Shown here one piece after another: positions 10,370 through 20,087 of a stretch of 64,000 bases of DNA; positions within the stretch are counted from its first letter, which is position 1, and the number at the start of each line of letters is the position of its first letter. Origin of the DNA: Escherichia phage FL33; the sequence record PP400788. One strand, written 5' to 3'. Made by a program: the position numbers and the translations under genes. The notes under the pieces were generated by a model. That model worked only from the letters and a program-made list of their open reading frames with translations, did no database searches and had not been told where the DNA came from.

Positions 10370-10644
10370 TAAATTTTCCTTGCTAAATCGCGAATTTGAC
10401 CTATAGTATAGTCTTGAATATAAACTTTATTAATAGGTTCATCAATAAATTTTGCCATAGATTCAATATCTTTTTGCATCTCTTCAAGACTGTATATTAT
10501 CTTTAAAGCTTTTTCGCGAATGGTAATATTTTCAGGACCAGAATTTTTCTCAATGACGGCTTTAACATTTGTCATAAGAGATTTAAACTGACGCCAACTT
10601 AATTCAATCATTAATAACCGCCTTATAAAGATGGCTAATTTCAC
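10369..10644 (-). CDS. hypothetical protein, 91 aa
   Basis: ORF; real start may be internal. Confidence 0.4.
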   Translation of the reverse strand: MKLAIFIRRLLMIELSWRQFKSLMTNVKAVIEKNSGPENITIREKALKIIYSLEEMQKDIESMAKFIDEPINKVYIQDYTIGQIRDLARKI

Positions 10645-10864
10645 CTAAAATGTAATCACTGATTGTAACAGTTTTTACTTCACCACAAAAGAATTCTAAC
10701 GCAATCAAATCTCGTTCAATTTCTTCTAGTTGAAGCATTAACTTGCCTGATTTAATTTTTACATTTGTACGATTTTTACTATAAGCTATTTCATAAATTT
10801 CGCTTACTTTATCTTGAAGTAAATAAAACTGGTCTTTAGTTATTTCCACGAATAGCTTCCTCAA
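10604..10864 (-). CDS. hypothetical protein, 86 aa
   Basis: ORF directly downstream of dda. Confidence 0.5.
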   Translation of the reverse strand: MRKLFVEITKDQFYLLQDKVSEIYEIAYSKNRTNVKIKSGKLMLQLEEIERDLIALEFFCGEVKTVTISDYILGEISHLYKAVIND

Positions 10865-10870
10865 ATTTAA

Positions 10871-12190
10871 TCATACATAAAACACATCATAACGACCACG
10901 TGTTACACCAACATAAAGAAGCTGCTGAGCTAGTTCAGCATCTGCATAATGAATACAAGGCGTATAGATGAAAGCACGATCTACAGACATGCCCTGAGCT
11001 TTATGGAATGTTGACGCAGGAAGTGCTTTCACTTTACTAAACTGTGATTTAGCATCCCAAAAATCACTCCATGGAGCCTTTCCGCCTTTATTCCAATTTT
11101 TGTAAGTTTCTGCAGTTTTACCTAAAAATAAGTTAAACTTATACAGCTCTTCATCAGATGAAATTATTTTAATCTTTTCACGATAATATTCATCATCGCC
11201 GTAAGTTTCTACTGTTAAATCCCAATAACGAATTAGATATTCTCCAGGAACACCACGAGCTTTAACAAATGTTGATGTATACTCTGCTTCTATAATACGA
11301 ACTAATTGTCCGTTATTAAAAATAATTTCTGACACAGGCTTTCCATCAATTTTATATGTTTTAATTAACGGTTCCTGCATTACAATAATTTCACCGACAA
11401 TAAAATCTTTATCAGTTTCAAAAATCTTTTTACGAATAATGCTATTTAACTTATCAACAGATTTATTCGTAAATGCCATTACACGATTTTCAAACAAATC
11501 ATCTAGCGATTTGACGATTGAAAAATAATTTACCATAAAATCGCGTAAAGCGGTATCACCGGTAAATCCACGTACTCCATGCCCATCAATAATTTTATCA
11601 TAAATCCACTTACCGTTACGAACATCAGTAGCTACATCAATAATAGGAGCATTACTGCGTTTAACTTCAGTGAGTTCACACTGATAAAAATCTTTGTGTG
11701 TAAAGAATGGACTGATATAAGCAGTGTTTTCTCCTGGGTCAACAGGTCTAATTTGCTTATTATCGCCTATTCCAATTATAGTACACCAAGGTGGAATAGT
11801 TGAAAGCAGAATTTTAAATAGCTTTCTATCATACATTGATACTTCGTCGCAGATTAATACTCTGCATTTAGCTAAATCCGGTACTTCTTTTTGTTCAAAA
11901 AGAACGTTTTCTTCGTATGTTACTGGGTTAATTTTAAGAATACTGTGAATAGTACTCGCTTCTTTCCCTGATAGTTTTGAAAGAATCTTTTTAGCTGCAT
12001 GAGTAGGAGCTGCTAAAATAATGCCAGTTTCGCCCGTAGATATTAAGGCTTCAATGATGAACTTAGTAAGAGTAGTCTTACCGGTACCAGCAGGTCCATT
12101 AATAGTTACATGATGTTTCTTTTCTTTGATAGCCCTCATAACGATGTTAAAGGCATTTTTCTGGCCTTCTGTCAAATCATCAAATGTCAT
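10871..12190 (-). CDS. dda: Dda DNA helicase (SF1B), 439 aa
   Basis: Walker A GPAGTGKTT; length equals T4 Dda as recalled. Confidence 0.9.
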   Translation of the reverse strand: MTFDDLTEGQKNAFNIVMRAIKEKKHHVTINGPAGTGKTTLTKFIIEALISTGETGIILAAPTHAAKKILSKLSGKEASTIHSILKINPVTYEENVLFEQKEVPDLAKCRVLICDEVSMYDRKLFKILLSTIPPWCTIIGIGDNKQIRPVDPGENTAYISPFFTHKDFYQCELTEVKRSNAPIIDVATDVRNGKWIYDKIIDGHGVRGFTGDTALRDFMVNYFSIVKSLDDLFENRVMAFTNKSVDKLNSIIRKKIFETDKDFIVGEIIVMQEPLIKTYKIDGKPVSEIIFNNGQLVRIIEAEYTSTFVKARGVPGEYLIRYWDLTVETYGDDEYYREKIKIISSDEELYKFNLFLGKTAETYKNWNKGGKAPWSDFWDAKSQFSKVKALPASTFHKAQGMSVDRAFIYTPCIHYADAELAQQLLYVGVTRGRYDVFYV

Positions 12191-12498
12191 CGTAAATTCC
12201 CTGCAATTGGTATACTAACAATACGCCCAGTATCTAAAATTCGCCGATATAATCTTTGTGTGTCTACATCAGGCTTAACGTGTTTAACTTCTATTTTATT
12301 AAACCAAAACTTACGTGGAGTCTCAACTAATCTCGGAATTCCCATACCTAAAGCTAGTTGATACTGCTCTTTAAGAGTTGTAAATACTTTATCAGCAATC
12401 TCCCTTTCAAAAAATACAGCAGGGCGATGTTCATCAAGAGGAACAGGCACCGCAAATCCATCTTTATCTCTATACACTATCGCGTATACATAAAACAT
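12187..12498 (-). CDS. hypothetical protein, 103 aa
   Basis: ORF; stop overlaps dda start. Confidence 0.5.
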   Translation of the reverse strand: MFYVYAIVYRDKDGFAVPVPLDEHRPAVFFEREIADKVFTTLKEQYQLALGMGIPRLVETPRKFWFNKIEVKHVKPDVDTQRLYRRILDTGRIVSIPIAGNLR

Positions 12499-12499
12499 A

Positions 12500-13246
12500 T
12501 TATCCTCGGATAAGTTTAAAAATTGAACAATTTAGCGGGTATCCTCTTTTCAGTTTAAATTTATCAATAAAAGACAAGTTTTGATACCGCTCTACACCTT
12601 GAATAATTTTATCACACATATCATATTGCATTTCTGCTTCTGACAACTTTTTCACAGTTTTCCAATCCGAGCCTTTAAGAAGAACGTTCAATTTAACAAC
12701 TTCAGCGCCTTCTGCTATACGAGAACTATCAATACGAGCTTTAAGTGCTATAATCGTTAGCTTAACGTCAGAAGTTTGTTTTGATTTAGAAAGCTGAGAA
12801 ATGTGCTCAATTCGGTTTTCACGTTTTTTCTGTATAGCTTTAATTTGATTATAAGTCTTTTTGATTTTAGCCCATTTCTTTTCATCTAAATTTAGTTTAT
12901 GAACTTTTTTCGCAGATGAACGACCAATTCGCAAAGCAAATAAATCACGCTTTTCAATCAACTCTTCTAAAGTATAATCAGAACGAAATGTATTATACTT
13001 TTTCTTTACTGCAATAACATTCCCTTTAATGTATCCAACGTTATTATCAAAACGTTCTAATGATAATTTCTCTCCTTCAATACGATTATCAAAAGGTTCT
13101 CCCGAGTAAGCACAAACTTTCTGATCTAAAATGTTCTTAATGTAATTGAAGTCTAAGTTAAAATCTTTAGAACGTCTTTTTGCAGATGCCTGAGTATGCT
13201 CTAGACGACGTTTAATTTTACGAATTTGGTTATTAGACAGCTTCAT
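12500..13246 (-). CDS. hypothetical basic protein, 248 aa (position of T4 srd)
   Basis: ORF downstream of early promoter 13283-13312; Lys/Arg-rich. Confidence 0.55.
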   Translation of the reverse strand: MKLSNNQIRKIKRRLEHTQASAKRRSKDFNLDFNYIKNILDQKVCAYSGEPFDNRIEGEKLSLERFDNNVGYIKGNVIAVKKKYNTFRSDYTLEELIEKRDLFALRIGRSSAKKVHKLNLDEKKWAKIKKTYNQIKAIQKKRENRIEHISQLSKSKQTSDVKLTIIALKARIDSSRIAEGAEVVKLNVLLKGSDWKTVKKLSEAEMQYDMCDKIIQGVERYQNLSFIDKFKLKRGYPLNCSIFKLIRG

Positions 13247-13282
13247 ATTTTTCTCACATCTTACGGACGGTTAACTACTTAT

Positions 13283-13312
13283 ACTATAACATTTTTACTT
13301 TAACTTGTAAAC
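13283..13312 (-). promoter_or_regulatory. T4-type early promoter
   Basis: GTTTAC 13307-13312, 18-nt spacer, TATAGT 13283-13288 in minus sense. Confidence 0.5.
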
Positions 13313-13368
13313 AACTTTATGAAAAATGCTTTAAAACTTTCATGGTATAATGAATCTAAGTCCTTCCA

Positions 13369-13971
13369 TTATAGATTAAATCCTTCAAAATCAAGAGTAT
13401 AGATAGTGTATGTTGAATACTTTTTATACTCATATCTATCTGCAATTCTAAATACACTTCCAGCTGGTATCATTACTTCTTGTTCATCTGAAACTAATTC
13501 CATATTACGATAGCGATGGCTATCCGGAAACTTAAAGTTTGGATTGTATTCTTTACAGCGTAGAGCTTTTATGGCATACTCCTGGAAATTGAATACCATA
13601 GGAGCTTTGAATTCAAAAATAACTTGTGTGTTGTATTCTAATCCAGAAGCAAAATGTAGAGCTATATTTTTATCATATGAAGCTGATACTACTTTATCAA
13701 ATGTAATAATATCAATTCCTTGATTTAACACTTGCTTAGTCTCAACTGGAACACCTCTCCAAAGAGGTTTATCGTTTGGTTCCAAACGAGATTTGATTAT
13801 TTCATTTAACCAAGAGTGGTCGTCTGGCTTATTAGTAATACAATGAATTAAAAGTTCAATTTCGGATAAATTAAATCCTTCAGAAAGTAATTCTTCACGA
13901 ATAGAAGCACGCACCGATGCATCCATTGATTTGATTTTAAAATCTTTTAATTGCATTGCTGAATATTTCAT
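13369..13971 (-). CDS. modA: ADP-ribosyltransferase ModA, 200 aa
   Basis: R / S-x-S / EQE ART motifs (WRG, SAS, EQEVMIP); length equals T4 ModA as recalled. Confidence 0.75.
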   Translation of the reverse strand: MKYSAMQLKDFKIKSMDASVRASIREELLSEGFNLSEIELLIHCITNKPDDHSWLNEIIKSRLEPNDKPLWRGVPVETKQVLNQGIDIITFDKVVSASYDKNIALHFASGLEYNTQVIFEFKAPMVFNFQEYAIKALRCKEYNPNFKFPDSHRYRNMELVSDEQEVMIPAGSVFRIADRYEYKKYSTYTIYTLDFEGFNL

Positions 13972-14603
13972 TCAACTACCTCAATATCATACACTTTAAA
14001 TGTTCCAAATGAATCGTGTAATTTTTCTTTTGAAATAGAAGTTATTTTATACTTTCCAATTGGAATCATCCATTCTTGTTCACGCACAATCATCATTAAG
14101 TTATCAGTACGTTCTGAATCTAATCCATCAGTATCTTCATATGTATACTTAAACTCAGTATTAGGAGAAGAAAGTATAATATCGCTGATATGGTCAGAGT
14201 AATTAAAAGCTTTATCAGTTTTTAAGCGAAGTACTATTTCAGTGAAATATTCAGCATAAGAAAAAGAACACGCTGTATGCAAACTAGTAGTAAATGAATC
14301 TACTCTGTTCGTTGAAAACACTTCTCCAACTTGTAAATCTTTAATGAGTTCTTTTGTCGATTTTGATATACCACGATATAGCTGATAAGGCGATTTAGTT
14401 AAATGCTTTTTAATGATTTTATTCAACTGCCGATGAAGAGCTTCATTCTTTTTGGCTTCCATACATTGCCAAAGAACTGACTGTTCAAAGTCAGTAAATT
14501 TTTCACAGACCTTTTTATACATATCATATTGAAAATCAACACTTTCAGCTTTTATAGATAACTGTTCAACATCTGCAAGATTAATAATCATGATAGCCTC
14601 CAT
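13968..14603 (-). CDS. modB: ADP-ribosyltransferase ModB, 211 aa
   Basis: YRG, STN, EQEWMIP motifs; overlapping stop/start with modA. Confidence 0.7.
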   Translation of the reverse strand: MEAIMIINLADVEQLSIKAESVDFQYDMYKKVCEKFTDFEQSVLWQCMEAKKNEALHRQLNKIIKKHLTKSPYQLYRGISKSTKELIKDLQVGEVFSTNRVDSFTTSLHTACSFSYAEYFTEIVLRLKTDKAFNYSDHISDIILSSPNTEFKYTYEDTDGLDSERTDNLMMIVREQEWMIPIGKYKITSISKEKLHDSFGTFKVYDIEVVE

Positions 14604-14617
14604 ATACTTCAGAAGCT

Positions 14618-14647
14618 ATCATATCATTGTTAGGAAGGAAAGTAAAC
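14618..14647 (-). promoter_or_regulatory. T4-type early promoter (weaker -10 TATGAT)
   Basis: GTTTAC 14642-14647 with 18-nt spacer. Confidence 0.4.
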
Positions 14648-14658
14648 AACTTTTTGAA

Positions 14659-14841
14659 TTATTTTGCCCAGGGAGCCCAGGGCGGAGGGTCAAGATGGTA
14701 TGAAGCTAGTTCTTCTAGAAGAGCATCTGGGGCTTCAATTCCATAATTCTGTAATACTATACGGTATTCTTTCTTATAATCACTAGAATCATTCTGGATA
14801 TTCGTAGAATGATTATCTTCTAACATCTCAAATAAATCCAT
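14659..14841 (-). CDS. hypothetical protein, 60 aa
   Basis: ORF. Confidence 0.45.
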   Translation of the reverse strand: MDLFEMLEDNHSTNIQNDSSDYKKEYRIVLQNYGIEAPDALLEELASYHLDPPPWAPWAK

Positions 14842-14849
14842 ATTAATTC

Positions 14850-15320
14850 CTAGCGATAAAAACCAAAGTGACGATTAGCTTCAATGATCTTTCTTTCTTC
14901 TTCGGACATTCTCCAGCGTAGTCCAACATCAAAATGAGCCCAGACCATCCTAACAAATGCATTTATATCTTTAATATCTTCAATAATGAATGTTTTACTT
15001 TTAGAAGGTTGACTCGCTAATTTAACTTTATCGTCTTCAAACATGTCAAAAAGACCATATTCATGAGCTCTTTTATAGCCTTTAATAGTTAAAGCTTCAG
15101 AAGAAGAAAACGGTGAATCAGTATTCTGCAAAATATCTTCAGTATGCTTTATAATTAGAATAACATTTTCTGGATATTTTCTTTCTTTTATATCTTTAAT
15201 TAAAATATCCGGATTTTCTGCTAAAGGAATAATCAATGAGCAATTTTTATCAAGCGTATTTACTGATTTACCTTCTTTAGACATAAATTCTATTGAATAA
15301 TGTTTTGCTACTTCAATCAT
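14850..15320 (-). CDS. hypothetical protein, 156 aa
   Basis: ORF. Confidence 0.55.
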
Positions 15321-15477
15321 GTGATTTCCTTTTGCCTACTAATGGACCGTCAGGAATTTTGTTTTCCTGAATGTATTTCTCATTTTCTTCCATCATTTTA
15401 CTGCCAATTTTAAGAAGCAAATCCATTGCTTCATTTGCTTTTGCTTTAGCCTCTTCTAACGTCATATCTTTGTTCAT
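15313..15477 (-). CDS. small hypothetical protein, 54 aa
   Basis: Hand translation [21 protein letters not shown]...; stop overlaps next start; not in ORF track. Confidence 0.35.
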
Positions 15478-15677
15478 GATTTATCACCATAGATGTCTCT
15501 CATCAATTTAAGCGCTGAGCGTTCTAATTTCTTTTCTTTCTCAGCACTAATCATTGATTTCATCCATTCTTCCGATTCGTTCTGAATTTCTTTATTTGCT
15601 TGTTCAACCCAACCATCATCAATATACATTGAGTTTGGTCTACTAAACCATTCAAGAATCTTCTTGAGAACTTTCAT
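15474..15677 (-). CDS. hypothetical protein, 67 aa
   Basis: ORF. Confidence 0.45.
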
Positions 15678-16149
15678 TTGTTTTACCTAAAACAATAGTA
15701 GGAGAATCGTCAAATTCATGAATTTTTAGCAATTTTGGATTTAAATTATTCCATACATAATAAATAAAGTATGATAAAGCATCTTCACTCGCAATTATAA
15801 ATTTATTTCCTTTATCTATTTTCCAGTCATATACTGAATCGTACGAATAAAAAGATAAAGGGTTATCATTATATTGTTCTGCGCTAACATTAATGTATTC
15901 GGATTTAGTAAATGCTTCAATTGCTCTAAACGGACTATTTGACACAGTTTCAATAATTCCGATCTTTTTAAGTTTTATTTCAGCATCTTCTGGAACTGGC
16001 ATTGAAACGAAATTTTCTACGAGATACATAGGGTTACGATAACCCTTATCAATCATTACGGCTACAGTAATTGGAACATCTTTAGCAAACGACATGCTAT
16101 TACTGCTAATATACATTTCAAACAAAATCGCTTCCATAATTTTCCTCAA
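15652..16149 (-). CDS. hypothetical protein, 165 aa
   Basis: ORF. Confidence 0.5.
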   Translation of the reverse strand: MRKIMEAILFEMYISSNSMSFAKDVPITVAVMIDKGYRNPMYLVENFVSMPVPEDAEIKLKKIGIIETVSNSPFRAIEAFTKSEYINVSAEQYNDNPLSFYSYDSVYDWKIDKGNKFIIASEDALSYFIYYVWNNLNPKLLKIHEFDDSPTIVLGKTNESSQEDS

Positions 16150-16490
16150 TCACAAGATGTAGATGAACAACTAGAATCACAAGAACTTCCACATGAATCG
16201 CCCGTCCATACATGAACAGGAACATTAGTATCATATGAATCAGAACTAGACTGTGTATTCTGTGTGTTAGATGATGTAGTAGGTACTGACCAGCGCCAAG
16301 GATTTTTATAATATTCTTGGGCTTCTTCATAAGTCATAGTAACTGCTTCTATTGTTCCATCTCCCATATAAACATACTCAACTACAGTTAAAGGAAGGTA
16401 GTCATTTGAAATAGGAACTACACCTTCCCCAGGAGTTGTAGAGAAAAAATCCGTAAAGAAACTTTTAAACCAATTAAAGATAAACATCAC
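16146..16490 (-). CDS. hypothetical protein, 114 aa, hydrophobic N-terminus and Ser/Cys-rich C-terminal tail
   Basis: ORF ending ...[17 protein letters not shown]. Confidence 0.5.
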   Translation of the reverse strand: MMFIFNWFKSFFTDFFSTTPGEGVVPISNDYLPLTVVEYVYMGDGTIEAVTMTYEEAQEYYKNPWRWSVPTTSSNTQNTQSSSDSYDTNVPVHVWTGDSCGSSCDSSCSSTSCD

Positions 16491-16699
16491 AAAAATCCTC
16501 TTTGAAATTCGACTCTTTGAAATCCACCCCAGTCAGTATATCGCATTTCAGCATTGAACTCGACTGAACCATCTGCATGCATCATGAATGAATGCGTGAC
16601 GACATCACAATCCCAGCTTTTCATACCCCATTTATCAGCGATAGCTTTATCAAGAACCTTCTGGAGGTCTTCATTTGGTTTAATCCAACGATTTAACAT
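16487..16699 (-). CDS. hypothetical protein, 70 aa
   Basis: ORF downstream of early promoter 16726-16755. Confidence 0.5.
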   Translation of the reverse strand: MLNRWIKPNEDLQKVLDKAIADKWGMKSWDCDVVTHSFMMHADGSVEFNAEMRYTDWGGFQRVEFQRGFL

Positions 16700-16725
16700 A
16701 GTGTTCTCCTATATAAGATATTTTT

Positions 16726-16755
16726 ATTATACCACACTCATTTTGACATGTAAAC
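16726..16755 (-). promoter_or_regulatory. T4-type early promoter (GTTTAC ... TGGTATAAT)
   Basis: Near-consensus: GTTTAC 16750-16755, TATAAT 16726-16731. Confidence 0.6.
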
Positions 16756-16769
16756 CATAAAATGAAAAA

Positions 16770-16789
16770 AGGAATCCCGGAGGATTCCT
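16770..16789 (-). terminator. intrinsic terminator downstream of soc (8-bp stem, UCCG loop, U-tract)
   Basis: AGGAAUCC-UCCG-GGAUUCCU then UUUUUCAUUU in minus sense. Confidence 0.6.
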
Positions 16790-16797
16790 TAAATTAT

Positions 16798-17055
16798 TTA
16801 ACCACCGACACCTGGTGTCGGTGTAACAGTCCAAAGACCTTCATTAGCAGTGATCCATTCAGTACGCTGATTTTCTTCATATACTGTAGAATATGCTGCT
16901 TTTTCAGAAGGGAATGTCTGATAATGAGCACCAGAAATTTTGTGAACATCAGAATAAAGAGGGAAAGCTACAGAAATTTCTTTACCCTGAATTGTACCAC
17001 CATCAACTGCTTGGTCAAATGTTTTGATATTAACATAACCGCGAGTACTAGCCAT
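16798..17055 (-). CDS. soc: small outer capsid protein Soc, 85 aa
   Basis: Starts MASTRGYVNIKTF..., matching recalled T4 Soc; late promoter upstream. Confidence 0.85.
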   Translation of the reverse strand: MASTRGYVNIKTFDQAVDGGTIQGKEISVAFPLYSDVHKISGAHYQTFPSEKAAYSTVYEENQRTEWITANEGLWTVTPTPGVGG

Positions 17056-17085
17056 GTAATTCTCCTTTTATTTAAATTACATGAT

Positions 17086-17093
17086 TATTTATA
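17086..17093 (-). promoter_or_regulatory. T4 late promoter TATAAATA for soc
   Basis: Minus-sense TATAAATA about 30 nt upstream of soc ATG. Confidence 0.55.
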
Positions 17094-17123
17094 ATAAATT
17101 CTCGCGGCTTTTAAGACGAGCTG

Positions 17124-17642
17124 TTAATAACCTCGGTCTTGACGAGCGAAGTTTTCAGCATTTTTCAGATAATAAAGTTTAAAGATTTCTTCTGCTGTAA
17201 GACCAAGACCTTGGAACATGTTCAGAACGAAATGGAGAATATCAATCATTTCAAATTTAATTTCCAATTGGTCTTGTGGAGACAAATCAGTAATCAGAGT
17301 TTCACGGCGTTCACCATGCTGAGCTTTCCACGGCTTCCATACAGCAGATGCATCTTTTTCGCCATTGCTCATACCACCAAGAGAAGTCAGAAGTTCGCGG
17401 AATTCATCATCAATATAATCTTTCTGATTACGCAGCCAATCAACAACTTCACCTGCAGTAGCCAAATCATCAGGATGACGGTTATATTCAGGTTTATCTT
17501 TAGCTAAACGAATCTGCAGAGATTTCTGCATGTCAAGCATTACCTGCAGCGGGTCTTTTTCATCACCGAGAATATCCCAATATTCATTTTGAGCTTTATC
17601 AGCGCCTTCAATCAGTTGTGAACATTCGTTAAAGTAAGCCAT
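17124..17642 (-). CDS. 56: dCTPase/dUTPase gp56 (MazG-like), 172 aa
   Basis: MazG-like nucleotide pyrophosphohydrolase; start set at MAYFNE (17642) with AGGAAA RBS; track ORF extends to 17735. Confidence 0.8.
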   Translation of the reverse strand: MAYFNECSQLIEGADKAQNEYWDILGDEKDPLQVMLDMQKSLQIRLAKDKPEYNRHPDDLATAGEVVDWLRNQKDYIDDEFRELLTSLGGMSNGEKDASAVWKPWKAQHGERRETLITDLSPQDQLEIKFEMIDILHFVLNMFQGLGLTAEEIFKLYYLKNAENFARQDRGY

Positions 17643-17713
17643 TATTTTTCCTTTCAATTCATGGGTTAGTAGATTAATTATACAATAAATATATAAAGCA
17701 ATAAGGAGGACAT

Positions 17714-17914
17714 ATGGTACAAAAATTAATGGCACTTGTTAATGCCATCAAAGGTAATAAAAAACGTATAGCTTTTACTATTTCTGCTATGATAGGAATT
17801 TTACTTTGGAATTTTGTTTTATCACCAGTTGCTATTGCTCATGGCGTTAGTATTCCAGTAATTACTCTTGATACATTCGTGGATTTAGCATTTGCTTTAG
17901 TTGGGTTAATTTAA
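17714..17914 (+). CDS. hypothetical small membrane protein, 66 aa, on the opposite strand
   Basis: Strong SD AAGGAGGA 4 nt before ATG; two hydrophobic segments; fills the 56-61 gap. Confidence 0.4.
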   Translation: MVQKLMALVNAIKGNKKRIAFTISAMIGILLWNFVLSPVAIAHGVSIPVITLDTFVDLAFALVGLI

Positions 17915-18939
17915 ATCTTAGCATATTTAGATAGCCGCATTTTAGCCATCAACCCTTGGGCAATATTATTTTTCATATATTCCATAATTTGTTCAGGGGT
18001 TGCACCTTCCTTTCTAATCATATCATTGACGTCTTTTGATTTCCAGGGAGATTTATCCCAAAACATAACCCTTTCTCCTGCATCAACTAATTTAGTCATT
18101 CGTTTGATAGTGTCAGGGTGACGAGGTTCATTATCTAAAACCCACACTCGTCTATCTTTAAATGGAACAATTTCTAGGTCTAATTGACCGCCTGTAATAG
18201 CTATACCATTTTCAATAAAAAGCGAATCTATAGGTCCTTCTAGAACATATACATCGCCATCTTTAACCCGTTCGACACCGTAAATTTTTGTTGCCTCAGG
18301 ATAAGCTTTGATGGTAATATACTTTTGTGGAGCATCTTTCTTTAATGCACGCCCTTGAAACGACTCGGCTTTTCCATTAGCATTATAAATTGGAATAACA
18401 AGACGAGGCTCAGGTATTTCCTTTTTATATGTTCCCGGTGCTATGCTATTAACTAATTTAGGCCATTCAGTTGTAAACCAAAGATATTTCCATTTATCCT
18501 TTGGAATACAACGAGCTTTTACGTATTTTATAATTGGATGGTCTTCCGCCAGTTTATCTAATCTAATGCATGACGGAAGAGATTTAATTATTTTCTTCTC
18601 AGGTTGTTTAGGAAGTTCTTTAGGTTTTTCTACTGGACGACTTTTACCTTTTTCTTTTCTTATTTCAAAGATATACTCACGATATAAATCAGGTTCAAAC
18701 TCCTTTAAATATATTCCGATTGGTGCATGATAGTTACAGTTATAACAATGAATATTTCCTTCATTATTATCGCCATAATACCATCCACGAGCTTTATTCT
18801 GGTCGGTTTTTGAATCTCCACAAACAGGGCATCTAAACCGCAATTTAAAAGTTGAACTATTATTTACTTGTGTGAATTTAGGTAAATGAGCTAATGCACG
18901 GTATGCAAACTCATTATCAATCCAAGGTATTGATGACAT
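17911..18939 (-). CDS. 61: DNA primase gp61, 342 aa
   Basis: N-terminal Cys4 zinc ribbon (CPVCG...CYNC), TOPRIM-like core; length equals T4 gp61 as recalled. Confidence 0.9.
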   Translation of the reverse strand: MSSIPWIDNEFAYRALAHLPKFTQVNNSSTFKLRFRCPVCGDSKTDQNKARGWYYGDNNEGNIHCYNCNYHAPIGIYLKEFEPDLYREYIFEIRKEKGKSRPVEKPKELPKQPEKKIIKSLPSCIRLDKLAEDHPIIKYVKARCIPKDKWKYLWFTTEWPKLVNSIAPGTYKKEIPEPRLVIPIYNANGKAESFQGRALKKDAPQKYITIKAYPEATKIYGVERVKDGDVYVLEGPIDSLFIENGIAITGGQLDLEIVPFKDRRVWVLDNEPRHPDTIKRMTKLVDAGERVMFWDKSPWKSKDVNDMIRKEGATPEQIMEYMKNNIAQGLMAKMRLSKYAKI

Positions 18940-18941
18940 TT

Positions 18942-19106
18942 TTACTCTTCTTTTTCTTTAGATTCCTCTTTTTTCTTTTTAGGAATCTGTTCAGGACCTT
19001 TATTTACTACAGCGCCTGATGTTGTTCCAGTAGAGATATTTTCAGGATTACCACCTGAATCTCCAGCGACCATATCTTCTTTGATAAATTCTTTATATGT
19101 TTTCAT
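18942..19106 (-). CDS. small hypothetical protein, 54 aa, Lys/Glu-rich tail
   Basis: Hand translation MKTYKEFIKEDMVAG...; tightly packed between neighbours; not in ORF track. Confidence 0.35.
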   Translation of the reverse strand: MKTYKEFIKEDMVAGDSGGNPENISTGTTSGAVVNKGPEQIPKKKKEESKEKEE

Positions 19107-19107
19107 A

Positions 19108-19734
19108 TTAACCTCTATTCATAAAAGCATTAAAAATTTGGTCATCAATAGAAACATTTACTTTAGACTGTTTTTCAGATGGCAATTCATATCCACATAT
19201 TACAATTTTATGATCAATATCAAAATACACAGAAGCAATATGATTAATGATATTTTCAGTGAAGTCTAAATCAACATCAATGTCTTTTTGACCAAAACCC
19301 AAAGGATAAATAATGCGAGTAATTCGATTATCTTTAACAAAGATTCCACCGACATACTCTGTGCTGCGTTTAAAGTCTACACGCCGACGAAATGAAAAAT
19401 ATTCAGGCTCTTTATGAGCTCGGCTCATAGGGCACAACGAATAACTAGAATAAGAGATGTCAAATCCTACGCCTTCAATATGAACTAAATTGTCATGATT
19501 AAACCAATTATAATCATATGCCAAGTCCATTAGATTGTCATATGTGAAAGGCACCGGATTAACATCATTGGTCACAAGCATATAATTAGCAACTGCTATA
19601 ATTTCATTATTTTTAACGAAAACAAACCGTGATTGATGCGAATGACCTGGACCTGTGTTTTCACGATTAATGATATAACACTGGGCACCTTTATATTTGT
19701 ACGTGTCTTTACACTTGTGCATTTGATAAAGCAT
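19108..19734 (-). CDS. hypothetical protein, 208 aa
   Basis: ORF. Confidence 0.55.
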   Translation of the reverse strand: MLYQMHKCKDTYKYKGAQCYIINRENTGPGHSHQSRFVFVKNNEIIAVANYMLVTNDVNPVPFTYDNLMDLAYDYNWFNHDNLVHIEGVGFDISYSSYSLCPMSRAHKEPEYFSFRRRVDFKRSTEYVGGIFVKDNRITRIIYPLGFGQKDIDVDLDFTENIINHIASVYFDIDHKIVICGYELPSEKQSKVNVSIDDQIFNAFMNRG

Positions 19735-20027
19735 TATTCACCTACCACTTCAGCGATGATATTTTTATTATTAAAGTTTTTATCGCAATACAGAACATAA
19801 TTATACTGCATTACACCGCCAGACTTAAGTTGTTTTTGAACTTCGGCTTTCATTTCAGGACGATCACGCTCAACGATATTCATAATATCTGCTTCAATTT
19901 GAGTTTCAACCTCAGTCTGATCTGCAGTCATAGACCATTCGCACAAATCTTTATCATAACCTGCCATAGCAGGCTGAGCAGCACAAGAAGCTAAAGCAAA
20001 AATTGTGGCAAAGATAAATTTTTTCAT
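19734..20027 (-). CDS. sp: Spackle-like periplasmic protein, 97 aa
   Basis: Signal peptide MKKFIFATIFALASCAAQPAMA; 97 aa and position between 61 and 41 as recalled for T4 sp. Confidence 0.6.
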   Translation of the reverse strand: MKKFIFATIFALASCAAQPAMAGYDKDLCEWSMTADQTEVETQIEADIMNIVERDRPEMKAEVQKQLKSGGVMQYNYVLYCDKNFNNKNIIAEVVGE

Positions 20028-20087
20028 GATAATCTCCTCAGTAGTTTATGTTTATATAGTATCTCAATTTTCAACAAAAGTAAACAG

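Noticed and set aside
16118-16330. 70-aa His/Leu-rich ORF overlapping the Ser/Cys-tail gene
   Set aside because: Alternative frame of a better-supported ORF with low-complexity product.
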